NCBI GenBank assembly: GCA_023381615.1
Contig: JAMCQL010000075.1
Location: forward strand, 5,500-69,499
Direction of reading: 5' to 3'
Source: Bacteroidota bacterium
Lineage (GTDB): Bacteria; Bacteroidota; Ignavibacteria; Kryptoniales; JAKASW01
Length of the DNA: 64,000 bases
The notes beneath the pieces were generated by a model. That model saw only the letters and a list, made by a program, of their open reading frames with translations, did no database searches and was not told the origin of the DNA. How positions within the stretch are numbered: the first letter of the stretch is position 1; every line of letters starts with the position of its first letter. The position numbers and the translations under genes are program-made. This document shows positions 38,553 through 49,547 of this stretch, in pieces.

Positions 38553-38903
38553 ATACAAATGATATGGCTCTGTTCAGCTGATGCGCTCGCCGTCAATGCT
38601 TCAGGCCGCTCGTGGGACTCTGTGCGCCATGCACTTTGCTTGTTTAACATCGAACCTTTGCGCCTGAGGTCGATCTACGGCCTACGGCTCGACGAGTCGA
38701 CCTACGGTCTCGTATCTACGATACCGTAGGTAGAGAGTCATCGACCTCGTATCTACGATACCGTAGGTAGATAGATTCGTAGAACGGCATCGTAGATTGA
38801 CGACTCGTCGAGGGCATCCGCCTTCGGCGGAGAACCCAGAACGCCGAACTTCGAATCCGCCTCATTCGAGTTGGCGCTCGGGCATACGGTTGTCAATTTA
38901 TGA

Positions 38904-39170
38904 ATGAGAGATGCAGGGAGTGCTAATTTGGCCAAGAGCAATCTTGAGATTACAAGGCATGCCAGGCGGCGAATGAAATGGAGGAGAATAACAGAAGAAG
39001 ATGTCCGCGCCACGATTGATGAGCCCGACAAAACCGAAGAATCCGTTAGCGGCAGGAAAAACGTTTACAAAGAGATCGGTGTGAGGTATATTAAAGTGAC
39101 CTACAGAGAGATTGCCAATAAATTAGTGGTGATTAGTGCAGTTGATAAAGGAAAAGGAGAGATGAGATGA
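38904..39170 (+). CDS. DUF4258-like toxin
   Basis: LEITRHARRRMKWRRITEEDVRATI...LVVISAV. Confidence 0.7.
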   Translation: MRDAGSANLAKSNLEITRHARRRMKWRRITEEDVRATIDEPDKTEESVSGRKNVYKEIGVRYIKVTYREIANKLVVISAVDKGKGEMR

Positions 39171-39385
39171 AAATAGAGTATAGCAAGGATGCCGACGCTA
39201 TTTATGTTTATTTCAAAGAGGATTTCGTGGCACAGTCGAAGGAGGTAGAAGACGGTGTCGTGATAGATCTCGATGAGAAAGGGCACCTTATCGGCGTTGA
39301 AGTGCTGGATGTAAGCCGGCGATTTACCCTCTCAGATATCGCTAATGTGAATATCGAAAATCTTCCGGTGGAAATTGCAGGGTGA
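39167..39385 (+). CDS. DUF2283-family protein
   Basis: MKIEYSKDADAIYVYF...GHLIGVEVLDVS. Confidence 0.85.
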   Translation: MKIEYSKDADAIYVYFKEDFVAQSKEVEDGVVIDLDEKGHLIGVEVLDVSRRFTLSDIANVNIENLPVEIAG

Positions 39386-39494
39386 TCCCAAAGATTTGTG
39401 AACATGCATCGAGCGGGAATGTTGATGCCCATCTGCCTTCTTGCCTCTTGCTGCCCTTTGCTGCTGCCCGAGCTTTGAACGCTTTGCTCCTTGC

Positions 39495-39593
39495 CCTCTA
39501 CGAGGCCGACGGCTCCTCTACGAGTTTATGAACTCGAAGAGTTGTAAACCTACGGGCCTACGGCTCGACGAGTCGAGTCATCGACCTCGTAGA
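39495..39593. repeat. composite word element, inverted partner of 41748-41882
   Basis: A 60-nt stretch (CTCTACGAGGCCGACGGCTCCTCTACGAGTTTATGAACTCGAAGAGTTGTAAACCTACGG) is the exact reverse complement of 41823-41882. Confidence 0.75.
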
Positions 39594-39745
39594 GGAGATA
39601 GGGAGAGCGAGAGAAGCGGGGAATGACGACGCTGGGCAACGTTCTTGAATGTCTATTGATGCTGCGCTATTTTAATTGTGGTCAGTTTTCAACGAAAGTT
39701 AAATGATCCAATGGGAACGGAACGTCTCTTGTGACTTTGGATAAA

Positions 39746-39811
39746 GAGAAGGGATACAAAGTCCACGGGATAATCAGAAGAAGCGGTTCGTGCGATATCG
39801 GCAGGATCGAC
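39746..39811 (+). pseudogene. gmd: degenerate gmd scrap
   Basis: [22 protein letters not shown]. Confidence 0.6.
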
Positions 39812-39900
39812 TGTTGTGCTTCAGATTGAAGTGTCCCGACAAGGGTCGGGATCCTGCGGAGAATTTTCTCGGATCAAATTAAGAGAAAAGGAGACAGACA

Positions 39901-40167
39901 ATGGAATTTTACACAATGGTATTGAGAAAGAGCAAGTCAAATTGGGTAGCGCTCTGCCTTGAAAATGGATTGGTAGGGCAGGGTGCCACAAAAGATGATG
40001 CAGCTAGAAAACTCAGAGAGGCCATAGAGTCTTTTGAAGAAGAACATGAAAGAAACAGAGATGTATATAGTGCACCTTTATCTATAGAGGAATTGCATGA
40101 ATTCCTATCTGTTGAGGGGAAGGAGCCTGTTATTGAGGAATATGAACTAAGGGCGGTGCATGCCTAA
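39901..40167 (+). CDS. hicB: HicB-family antitoxin
   Basis: YTMVLRKSKSNWVALCLENGLVGQGATKDDAARKLREAI. Confidence 0.75.
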   Translation: MEFYTMVLRKSKSNWVALCLENGLVGQGATKDDAARKLREAIESFEEEHERNRDVYSAPLSIEELHEFLSVEGKEPVIEEYELRAVHA

Positions 40168-40398
40168 AAATATACCTGCTCTTAAACCACGAGAACTTGT
40201 CAGGATTCTTGAAACAGGCGGATGCTTGTATTTGCGAGAAGGCAAGGGAATCACAGGTTGTATTTTCGTTATTGTGAAGGAAGGAAGAGAGTTGTTCCAA
40301 TTGATATGGGAGCAGGAGAGTTGTCCCCACCGTATGTCTTGCGTATTTTTAGACAATTTGGTTTTACCGATGAAGAGGTAGAGACTTTATTAAAGTAA
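40160..40398 (+). pseudogene. hicA: HicA-family toxin, frameshifted near 40290
   Basis: MPKNIPALKPRELVRILETGG... then VVPIDMGAGELSPPYVLRIFRQFGFTDEEVETLLK* in another frame. Confidence 0.6.
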
Positions 40399-40615
40399 CT
40401 TTTCTGTTCCTGCTTCTCGGATTTTGTCTGTTCGGTTTGCTTCTTAGTCATGACTTGCTCGCTATCAACCTTGAACCCCGCACCGCGAACCATCACCGAT
40501 GAAAATGGAGTGGTGGGTAATTGAAGTTTCTCTGCTGGTGCTTTATTTTGTTGACACGAAGAGTTCTTGCCGCTATTCAGCGGGCGGATGAATCCGTTTT
40601 AGAAAGTGATGAACA

Positions 40616-40900
40616 TTGAAGATTGCTCGAGTAATTTGGCTCGAAGACATAGCTGAAAAAATAAGACGAAAGCATGGTGTTAACCAATCGGAGGCTGTGG
40701 AGGTTTTGAAGAATCAGCCCTTATTTCGGTTTGTCGAAAAGGGCTATCGGAGAGGAGAAAATGTTTATGTTGCTCTTGGTCAAACGAATTCCCGACGATA
40801 TTTGGCCGTGTTTTTCGTACACAAGAGCGGCAATCAGGCGTTGATCATCTCAGCGAGAGACATGACGGATTCGGAAAGGAGGAAATATGAGGAAAGATAA
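40616..40900 (+). CDS. BrnT-like toxin
   Basis: KHGVNQSEAVEVL...GENVYVALGQT..RYLAVFF...LIISARDMTDSERRKY; TTG start. Confidence 0.6.
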   Translation: MKIARVIWLEDIAEKIRRKHGVNQSEAVEVLKNQPLFRFVEKGYRRGENVYVALGQTNSRRYLAVFFVHKSGNQALIISARDMTDSERRKYEER

Positions 40901-41156
40901 GAGTTCGATTTCGCAGGCATCGTCGTACAAAGAAATAGGTGAATTTTGGGATTCACATAGTCTGTCAAAATTTTGGAAGGAAACGGAACCGGCAAGGTTT
41001 TCTGTTGATGTTCAGTCGGAGCAAATCTACTATCCAATAGATAGCGAGTTGTCGGCAAAGATTGATGGAATAGCGAAGCGGCGCGGAATAAGTTCAGAAA
41101 CGCTTGCAAACCTATTGTTGCAGGAGAAAATACGACAGATGAAGAAGTCTGCCTGA
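40887..41156 (+). CDS. BrnA/CopG-like antitoxin
   Basis: EIGEFWDSHSLSKFW... and C-terminal RHH-like ISSETLANLLLQEKI. Confidence 0.65.
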   Translation: MRKDKSSISQASSYKEIGEFWDSHSLSKFWKETEPARFSVDVQSEQIYYPIDSELSAKIDGIAKRRGISSETLANLLLQEKIRQMKKSA

Positions 41157-41747
41157 CGGAAGTTCGAACCTGATTCCCCATTCCGTATGCACCGTGCCGG
41201 TTGCTCCATGCTCCTGAACCCCGAACCCTGAACTGAAAACAGGAGAAAGGAAAACGGAGGAAGGAGAAGGGTTGGAGGACAGAAGTCAGAGGTCAGACGT
41301 CAGAAGTCAGAGGTCGACGGGCGGAAGCTTATGTCCAGAGGATCTCGACGAGTCCTCCACGAGTCTTCGACTCCTCGGAGTCGTAGACCGAAGGGTCGTG
41401 GACAAGTCGTTGACCTTCGAACAAGGATTAAGTTTGTGTGAAAAAGATCATAGAAGTTGGAAAACGCTCACAAAGCTCTTGAAGTCTTCCTACGTCTCTA
41501 TTATTTTCAGGTCAGAGATTTTTGTTTTTGAGCGTTGGATGGCCAATCAAGCTTACTTGCAGAGAGCACCGAAAGAAACTCTGTGGCTATGTACCATGAG
41601 CTATGAACCACATTGTGAGTGAGTCACCGCAAGTCGGGATCGCGACAAGCGCGAATGGCGAAGTCGAGCGGAGCGAGATGGCGCGGAATGCGCCACTGGG
41701 TCCGATGGGACTGAGATGGCGAAGCTGTGGGAAGAGCGGACAGGGTC

Positions 41748-41882
41748 TATCTACGATACCTCTACCTACGGTATCGTAGATACGAGGCCGTAGGCCGTAG
41801 GTACGACTCGACGAGCCGTAGGCCGTAGGTTTACAACTCTTCGAGTTCATAAACTCGTAGAGGAGCCGTCGGCCTCGTAGAG
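41748..41882. repeat. composite word element (partner of 39495-39593)
   Basis: See 39495-39593. Confidence 0.75.
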
Positions 41883-42111
41883 GAGAAGCGGAGAAGTTAA
41901 GAGGATGGCAAGAACATTTCGGATTATGAGTTGCGGATTTCGGAATGGAACAATGGAATGGTGGAGCAAAGCGCAAGGGATGGAATTTCAGATTGCGAAT
42001 GTCGGATTGCCGTCTCTTCTCGCATCGCGAGATAAGACGAGCCACGACGCAATCGGGCAGTATCTTGCCGATCGTGGAAATCGTGGTCGAAGATGAGAAG
42101 AGGAGATCATT

Positions 42112-42340
42112 ATGTCAGAGACTATCGTGGTTGAACTTCGTTTGCCTGCTGATGTGGCAGCGGCAATCCGTGCGCGTGAAAAGACGGGTTTGACGGAGGC
42201 AGAATAGGTGCAAGTCCCTTTGGCCATCGGCCTATTTGCCGATGCTGAAAGAGCGAGGGTGAATTATTTTATTACCTGTGATGACGATATTGTAAAGAAT
42301 TATAAAAAGTATCAGAATGCGATAATGGTCGAAGTACTAA
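42112..42340 (+). pseudogene. scrap of a UPF0175-like antitoxin (internal TAG) fused to a PIN-like C-terminus, truncated by IS630
   Basis: MSETIVVELRLPADV...EAE*VQVPLAIGLFADAE then RVNYFITCDDDIVKNYKK. Confidence 0.4.
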
Positions 42341-43650
42341 GTAGTCTTGTACGTAAGTTTGATGACGTATTTATTTAAGCGCATTTGCGGATAGTATCGG
42401 CCCAAGGCTGCAATTTTTCTATGACGTTGTCAAGATCTTGTCGTGTAAATTTCCATTGGAACGGTTTGGCGATTTTTTCGTAATAGTTTTGGAAATCTAT
42501 TAAGCGTTTCTCAAGACCTTGCGTGGATTCAAAATCATTGGGGGTCAATACTTTTCTTTGGACAACTGAGAAATAGACTTCTATTTGATTTAACCAGCTT
42601 GCATGCACCGGCAGGTGAACTGGGGCGATTGTGGGCCATCTTTGTGTAAGCCTTTTTACACAAGCGTCTCCACGATGTGAGGAACCGTTATCGAGAACCC
42701 AAAAGACACGCTTAGCGGACCTGTATGGATATTGAGACATCACTTGCTCCACCAAAGCGTCGAAGGAATAGATTCCAGTAGTTTCTTCGCAGCGTCCAAA
42801 AATCTTTGCTCTATGAACATCCCGTGTTGCCAAATATGCTAATGCACCCAATCGTTCATATTCGAATTCCGTCTTCATCCTAACAAAGTGACCGTCACTT
42901 CAAAAGTGACGGTCACATCCTCGGTGAGGTCGTGAGGTGGCGTTGTTAAATGAATGCGATGCCGCGCTTGAATACTGGTCTTTTCATCCGCACTGATCAC
43001 GAATTCATCCTCACTCAACGGCTGGCCATTCCACATCCGGTGATACAAATCCAAAACAATCCCAGCCTTGCGCTGAAAATCTGGGTCGCGAGGGAAAATC
43101 CAACTGCGATACTGCCATGGTTTAATAGCGTCCTCATCAAGCCAACGCCAGACTGTCGTTCCACTGATAGACGCAGCAATACCTCGCTCAACGACCAGAT
43201 GAGCGATTTCCCGCGTGGTAAATCGGGACAGTGGTTTGTCAAATTCCAACGGCAATTGGCAAGCCAAGGCTTTCACTTCAATTGCGACTTGAGGGGGAAA
43301 AAGCAGGGGGTCTTCCCTGTCGTGCCTCATCCTCAAGCCCGAGCAGCCGTTTTTCAAAGAACCGTTTTCGCCACTTGCTTACGATCTGTCTGGGCAAATC
43401 TACTCTGCGAGCAATTTCGTCGTTTCGCATTCCTTCGGCAGCATAGAGAGCTATCTTTGCTCTGACAACTCGAAAATAAGGCGACGTATACTTCCGAGTT
43501 TCTTTCTCGAGAATCTGTTTTTCCTCCTGCGTCAGCAGTATCGTGTATGGGCTCTTCCTGGACATATTTTTCCTTTTCGAGTGTGTCTCTAAAAGGAGAA
43601 TAGGCCATTTAACATAATAATTGTCAAGCACAATACGTTATCGTATTTAT
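42340..43650 (-). mobile_element. IS630-family insertion sequence, inactivated
   Basis: Transposase split into three track ORFs (43278..43631 HTH, 42875..43357, 42375..42878 DDE part). One frameshift lies at a C5-T5-C5 slippery stretch. A ~45-nt GTGACCGTCAC hairpin insert with a stop lies at 42880-42925. Element ends are approximate; GTACTAAGT occurs at 42324 and 43659. Confidence 0.75.
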
Positions 43651-43702
43651 GTTCCCGTGTACTAAGTCTAATGGAGTTCGTAGCAAGGGAGGAAAAACAA
43701 GA

Positions 43703-43906
43703 ATGAGTTTGGCAGAGGTGAAAATCAAAGGTTGGGCGGCACTTGTAAAGGACCTAGGCTATGCTGGAGCGACCAAGTTCATGTTGCTTTATCAGACCGG
43801 AGAGGGGGATTATACAAGGGACAGGAAAGAGTTACTTAGGGATGTTCCAATCGAAGAGATGGTTAAAGAAATAAAACAGAGGACAGAGTTTGGTAACCGA
43901 CAGTAG
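43703..43906 (+). CDS. small hypothetical protein
   Basis: ATG 43703 after GGGAGG, in track ORF 43649..43906. Confidence 0.4.
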   Translation: MSLAEVKIKGWAALVKDLGYAGATKFMLLYQTGEGDYTRDRKELLRDVPIEEMVKEIKQRTEFGNRQ

Positions 43907-43926
43907 TTGTTCATCGCCTCACTTGA

Positions 43927-44196
<270 letters not shown>

Positions 44197-44331
44197 TGTG
44201 GATCTGATCGCCTTTCGTTTGGACAAATCAGTTCGAAGTCGGACGCTGCTCCATTATGTGGCCTGCAGGCATTAGTGGAGATTTCGGTAGAGTTTTATGA
44301 TATTGTCAGTGGGTTGTAAGGCTGATGAATT

Positions 44332-44751
44332 ATGAAAAAAACGCAGATTGAAAAACAGATCGCCGACTTTCTAAAAGCAAAAACAGAGGTTATGTTCGCT
44401 TATATCTTCGGTTCGTTTGTTCAAAAAGATTATTATCATGATATAGATGTAGCCGTCTATCTATACGAAGACTTTGATAAGAATGATCGGAAGAAATTTC
44501 CTTACGGTTATGAGAGCTTCTTATTAAGTGAATTGAATTTGCTAACGAGAGAAAATGTGGATTTGGTTATTATGAACAGTGCGGAAATTCTGATCCAGCA
44601 AAGGGTAATAAATAGAGGAATTTTGCTTTTCAGTAAAGATGAACGTCTGCGGATACAATACGAGAATTATATTCGGAAGCTTTACATTGACGCTGAACAT
44701 TTGAGAAAGATTAAGAGACACTACCTGGCCAGGAATATTATCAATGCCTGA
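44332..44751 (+). CDS. mntA: MntA-type nucleotidyltransferase antitoxin
   Basis: FAYIFGSFVQKDYYHDIDVAV minimal NTase motif. Confidence 0.8.
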   Translation: MKKTQIEKQIADFLKAKTEVMFAYIFGSFVQKDYYHDIDVAVYLYEDFDKNDRKKFPYGYESFLLSELNLLTRENVDLVIMNSAEILIQQRVINRGILLFSKDERLRIQYENYIRKLYIDAEHLRKIKRHYLARNIINA

Positions 44752-45163
44752 TTTAGAAGTTATACAAAGACATCTTTCTTCGTATGTTGCTGATCTTGAA
44801 AATTTAAAGAAGCACAAGAATGTTACATTGGAGGAGATAAAGGCAGACACAGATTTACTTTGGATATTGGAGAGAGGTATTTACTTACTAATCCAGAATT
44901 TATTTGATATGCTGGCGCATATTGTATCTGCTGATTTCAGGGAAAACTGGGAGTTTTATACGGATATAGGCGATATCCTTTTGAGGCACAAGGTTATTTC
45001 AGAGGAAGACAAGGCTGTATTAAACCAAATGGCGGGATTTAGGAACAGGCTCAGTCACGAATATCTATCGTTGGACTCAAATGTTTTGGTTGATGTTGTG
45101 AACCGCCGCCTATCGGACTTTGCCAGGTTTTTGACAATTATTAAAACCTACTGCAATATCTAA
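44744..45163 (+). CDS. hepT: HepT/DUF86 HEPN toxin
   Basis: RNRLSHEY (Rx4HxY) motif; 8-nt overlap with mntA. Confidence 0.85.
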   Translation: MPDLEVIQRHLSSYVADLENLKKHKNVTLEEIKADTDLLWILERGIYLLIQNLFDMLAHIVSADFRENWEFYTDIGDILLRHKVISEEDKAVLNQMAGFRNRLSHEYLSLDSNVLVDVVNRRLSDFARFLTIIKTYCNI

Positions 45164-45170
45164 AGCCAAT

Positions 45171-45415
<245 letters not shown>

Positions 45416-45553
45416 GGACAGTTACGATCAGAAGGGAGCCGCGAAGAAGGTAAATCTCTATATGGCTTACGAAGATGCGCTTACCTTTGCTGATGATGAC
45501 ATAAATGAAAACTGGCAACTGTATAAAGAGAAATTTCTGAGAGGAGAGTTCCC

Positions 45554-45814
45554 ATGAGATTTGCGGAGAAAAACATGGTCTTTGTCAAGGAATTTGATAA
45601 ATACATTCTTGAACATCCTGAGTTCTCAGATAAGATTCCTGAGAACGCTCTTGTTGTCATGCAGATAATCGGCGACGAAGAATTCAATAATTGGGCAAAG
45701 AAGACGGCCCGCGAAACAGCGGATAGTAATCAAACAATTGTGTATGTTACAATAACCGAACTCAAACCAGTCCGTTCAAGAATAGAGAAGTTGAGCCTGG
45801 AGCTTGTGAACTGA
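45554..45814 (+). CDS. small conserved hypothetical (DUF5647-like by recollection)
   Basis: EFDKYILEHPEFSDKIPENALVVMQI pattern. Confidence 0.4.
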   Translation: MRFAEKNMVFVKEFDKYILEHPEFSDKIPENALVVMQIIGDEEFNNWAKKTARETADSNQTIVYVTITELKPVRSRIEKLSLELVN

Positions 45815-46030
45815 AAGTCCTTCAGGATCTTGCCGCGATTACTCTCTTAGACTGACATCATGCGAGAAGGGCAGGAAACGGTCAAAGAACCCATTTGGTG
45901 GATTCAAACATGACCAGACGCCAGTGGAGTGAGAGATTCTGATTATGGGAAGGACGTCTTAGATGTGGAATAGTCAATGGTGGTATGATAACTTTATTTT
46001 TTTATATGATGAAAAGGAAGCGTTAAGGTC

Positions 46031-46306
46031 ATGATGGAAACAAAGACAGCATATAAGTATATCGTGAAAAAATACGGGGATAATGAACCTGTAATCGAGA
46101 ACACGAGGATTTGTGTTAGAGACATTGTGGAACAATGGAGACTCGGCTCAACTCCGGAAGAGATTACGATGGCATACCCGCATATAAATCTGTCTCAGGT
46201 TTTTGAGGCATTGGCTTATTATCAAGATAATATGGGCGAGATCGAGCATTTCATTGAAATAAACAAAGTCTCGGAGAGTCTTAGTGGTAAGCCTTTATCT
46301 CGATGA
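46031..46306 (+). CDS. DUF433-family antitoxin-like protein
   Basis: NEPVIENTRICVRDIVEQWRLGSTPEEITMAYPHINLSQVFEALAYY. Confidence 0.8.
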   Translation: MMETKTAYKYIVKKYGDNEPVIENTRICVRDIVEQWRLGSTPEEITMAYPHINLSQVFEALAYYQDNMGEIEHFIEINKVSESLSGKPLSR

Positions 46307-46508
46307 GGATATTCACGGGCTTTTGGCGGTATTGTTGAGGGCAAGAAACATATCGGTTGAGACTACGCAAGAAAGCAGAATGCTCGGCAAAGAAGATCGG
46401 GAACAACTGGAGTATGCGACGAAGAGAGGCGCTGCCATTGTGACCCACAACAGGGTCGATTTCGAGAAGTTATTTGCAGATTATACTGATATGGGCCATA
46501 AGCTATGA
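46284..46508 (+). CDS. DUF5615-family (PIN-like) toxin-like protein
   Basis: LYLDEDIHGLLAVLLRARNISV...AIVTHNRVDF; GTG start overlapping the DUF433 gene. Confidence 0.7.
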   Translation: MVSLYLDEDIHGLLAVLLRARNISVETTQESRMLGKEDREQLEYATKRGAAIVTHNRVDFEKLFADYTDMGHKL

Positions 46509-46543
46509 GCTATCAGCAAGATTGCCATGAGCTATTACAATCC

Positions 46544-46736
46544 TGAACCCCGAACCAAGAACTACGAACTCTGAACTTCGGACTCTTTGCCCTTTGCTCC
46601 ATGCGCTATGCCATTTCACCCTCGAGCCTTGAACATTCAACTTTGAACTTTTATCACTCCGAACTCTGAACCTTGAACCACGAACCAAAAACTCGGAACG
46701 TTGAACATCTCAACCCCGAACATCGGACCCTGAACG
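46544..46736 (+). repeat. long heptamer tract (interrupted by a TTGCCCTTTGC word block), no gmd stub after it
   Basis: Read directly. Confidence 0.8.
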
Positions 46737-46860
46737 ATCTGACTTCTGGCTTCTTGTGCATATGAGCTATAACCTATGATTCATGACCTGTACTCACTTT
46801 TCAAGTCCGGCAATTGCTTGGGTTGGTTGAAAAATATGATTTGAAGTTGGAGGATGATTG

Positions 46861-47130
46861 ATGTCTAGACGTTTTGTTCATAGAAAGGACTACCACATTA
46901 ATATATTTTATAGCGAAGATGATGGTGGTTACATTGCTGACATTCCTGATTTAACGCACTGCTCTGCATTCGGTAAAACTGCCGATGAAGCTTTGGCGGA
47001 ATTGCTTGTGGCAAAAGATGCTTGGCTTGATGCTGCCCGAAAGAATAAAAAGCCGATTCCATCGCCCAGGTACAGACCGGTGCTTTATCAATTGAAACGT
47101 GTGGCGGTCAAGAGATCCGTAATTCATTGA
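46861..47130 (+). CDS. HicB-like antitoxin, orphan
   Basis: YHINIFYSEDDGGYIADIPDLTHCSAFGKTADEALAEL. Confidence 0.6.
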   Translation: MSRRFVHRKDYHINIFYSEDDGGYIADIPDLTHCSAFGKTADEALAELLVAKDAWLDAARKNKKPIPSPRYRPVLYQLKRVAVKRSVIH

Positions 47131-47611
47131 ATAAGTTCTCTCATGAGGAGACCGCACGGTGGGGACACGTGAGCCAATGAACCATCTTGCTTCTGACCTC
47201 TGACCTCTGACTTTGCGTCATAGAGACGTGGACGAAAAGTCCCGCCATTGAATTTTTCTCTGTGGCTCTCTGTGTCTTCTCGGTGTCCCTCTGTGAAATT
47301 GCTCTTTTATTACACAGAGTTCCACTGAGAATCACGGAGTTCCACAGAGATAACAGGTTTTCGGCCACGTCTCTAGGCGCATCAGCTCGACGAGTCGACC
47401 TACCTACGGCCTACGGCTCGACGAGTCGACCTACGGTCTCGTAGATACGGTCTCGTAGAGAGTCATCGACCTTTGGAGGACTGAGCCCCTGCTTCCTCTA
47501 TCACCTATGAGCTATCTGCTATTACCTGCTATCCATAGCCAGACATGCTGGTGAAGAAGGATTTTTGATCACAGCCTATCCGGCGGACAAAGTGAAGGAA
47601 GGAGATGAAAT

Positions 47612-47824
47612 ATGGACAAAGTGAAGCTCTATTATAACAGGGAATCGGATACGATGGATATTTGGTTTGATGACCCTGCTGAAGAAACTTCGAGCGAAGA
47701 AGCAGGCGATGGGACGATACTGAAGAAGAACAAGAAGGGGCTCGTGATAGGAGTTGAGAAGTTGTATGTCACCAAAATGCTCGGAATAAGTCAGCCATTG
47801 CCTGTGGAGGTCGTTGTTTCCTGA
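47612..47824 (+). CDS. DUF2283-family protein (only a C-terminal scrap of a DUF4258-like gene upstream)
   Basis: YYNRESDTMDIWF...GLVIGVEKL; upstream scrap GFLITAYPADKVKEG at about 47555-47605. Confidence 0.7.
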   Translation: MDKVKLYYNRESDTMDIWFDDPAEETSSEEAGDGTILKKNKKGLVIGVEKLYVTKMLGISQPLPVEVVVS

Positions 47825-48080
47825 GGCTTGCCATAGTTTGAGCCCAGCATACCCTTACCTCACTTCCGGCTTTTGTTTCCAGCATCAAGTATCCGGCATC
47901 AAGCATCTTGCCCTATGCCCTATGCGCTCTGCTTCGACACCTTGAACCCTGAACTCTGAACCCCGAACCCCGAACCTCTCACGCTTTGCCCTCTGCCCCA
48001 TACTCTCTGCTTTTCACCCAGGATTCCGAGCTTTGCCCCTTGAACCCTATGCGCCTTGCTCCGTTAAATGGTGTTGAGTC

Positions 48081-48365
48081 TTGGACTGCTCAGAGGTAAT
48101 ATTTAGTAGACATGCGGTGCAACAAATGTTCTCGAGGAGAATCGGAAAAGAGGATGTTCTTCAGATTATCAAGACAGGAGAGGTGATTATCAGTTATCCG
48201 GATGACACTCCTTTTCCCAGCAGTCTTGTCCTTGGATTTGTGGGAGATAGGCCGATACATGTGGTGATTGCAACGGTTGAATTGACAGGCAGATGCGTGG
48301 TCGTCACGGCATATGAGCCTGACGAAAGCATTTGGGAAAAAGATTTTAGAAGGAGGAAGCCATGA
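48081..48365 (+). CDS. DUF4258-like toxin
   Basis: IFSRHAVQQMFSRRIGKEDVLQII...VVVTAYEPD; TTG start. Confidence 0.75.
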   Translation: MDCSEVIFSRHAVQQMFSRRIGKEDVLQIIKTGEVIISYPDDTPFPSSLVLGFVGDRPIHVVIATVELTGRCVVVTAYEPDESIWEKDFRRRKP

Positions 48366-48607
48366 AGTGTGTATTTTGTAAACTGGGTGAAACGAGGCCT
48401 GGAAATGTGACTGTGACGTTGTCGCGAAAGCCTGCAGATTCCGGACGTGAGGAAAGTCTGGTTGTGTTGAAGAATGTGCCGGCGGAGGTGTGTGAGAATT
48501 GTGGCGAGTATTATCTAAATGAAACTGTGACCGATGCGGTGTTGAGGCGTGGTGAGGATGCTGCACGTAACAATGCTGAAATCGAAGTACTACAATTTGC
48601 GGCTTGA
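48362..48607 (+). CDS. YgiT-type (MqsA-like) zinc-finger antitoxin
   Basis: CVFC...VCENCGEYYLNE. Confidence 0.8.
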   Translation: MKCVFCKLGETRPGNVTVTLSRKPADSGREESLVVLKNVPAEVCENCGEYYLNETVTDAVLRRGEDAARNNAEIEVLQFAA

Positions 48608-48652
48608 TAAGGGGGATTGGCGTGCGGGTGAGCTAGCGGAGCGGCAAGGTGA

Positions 48653-49095
<443 letters not shown>

Positions 49096-49130
49096 ATCTC
49101 TGGGAAGACTGGCGCAGAGGGAGGGCGGGC

Positions 49131-49547
49131 ATGAAGATTACTAAGTTTGAAGAAATCGAGTCGTGGAAAGAGGCGAGGACTTTGACGAGCAGCATATACA
49201 ACTTGACCCGGCAGTCGGGGTTCTCTAAAGATTACGGCCTCAAGGACCAAATACAGCGTGCCTCCGTTTCGATTATGGCAAACATAGCTGAAGGTTTCGA
49301 TGCAGGGACCAATAAAGGCTTCATAAGTTTCCTGAATTATGCATATCGCTCCGCGTCTGAAGTCCAGTCGTTGCTTTACGTTGCTCTGGATCAAAGCTAC
49401 ATCACGGAAGACGCCTTTCGAACGAATTATGATGATGCTGCGACGATTAAAAAACTTATTGGGGGGCTAATCAAATATCTCGAGTCATTCGACGGCAAAG
49501 CGCGACGTAAGCCCTTGCAACCACGCACCAAGAACCATGAACCTTGA
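49131..49547 (+). CDS. four-helix-bundle protein (23S rRNA intervening-sequence protein family)
   Basis: MKITKFEEIESWKEAR...QIQRASVSIMANIAEGF...RSASEVQSLLYVA. Confidence 0.85.
   Translation: MKITKFEEIESWKEARTLTSSIYNLTRQSGFSKDYGLKDQIQRASVSIMANIAEGFDAGTNKGFISFLNYAYRSASEVQSLLYVALDQSYITEDAFRTNYDDAATIKKLIGGLIKYLESFDGKARRKPLQPRTKNHEP

Noticed and set aside
41272-41622. Track ORFs 41272..41622 and 57978..58169 as protein-coding genes
   Set aside because: The two copies differ mostly by non-synonymous changes and the sequence runs into repeats. I treated them as a conserved non-coding module instead.
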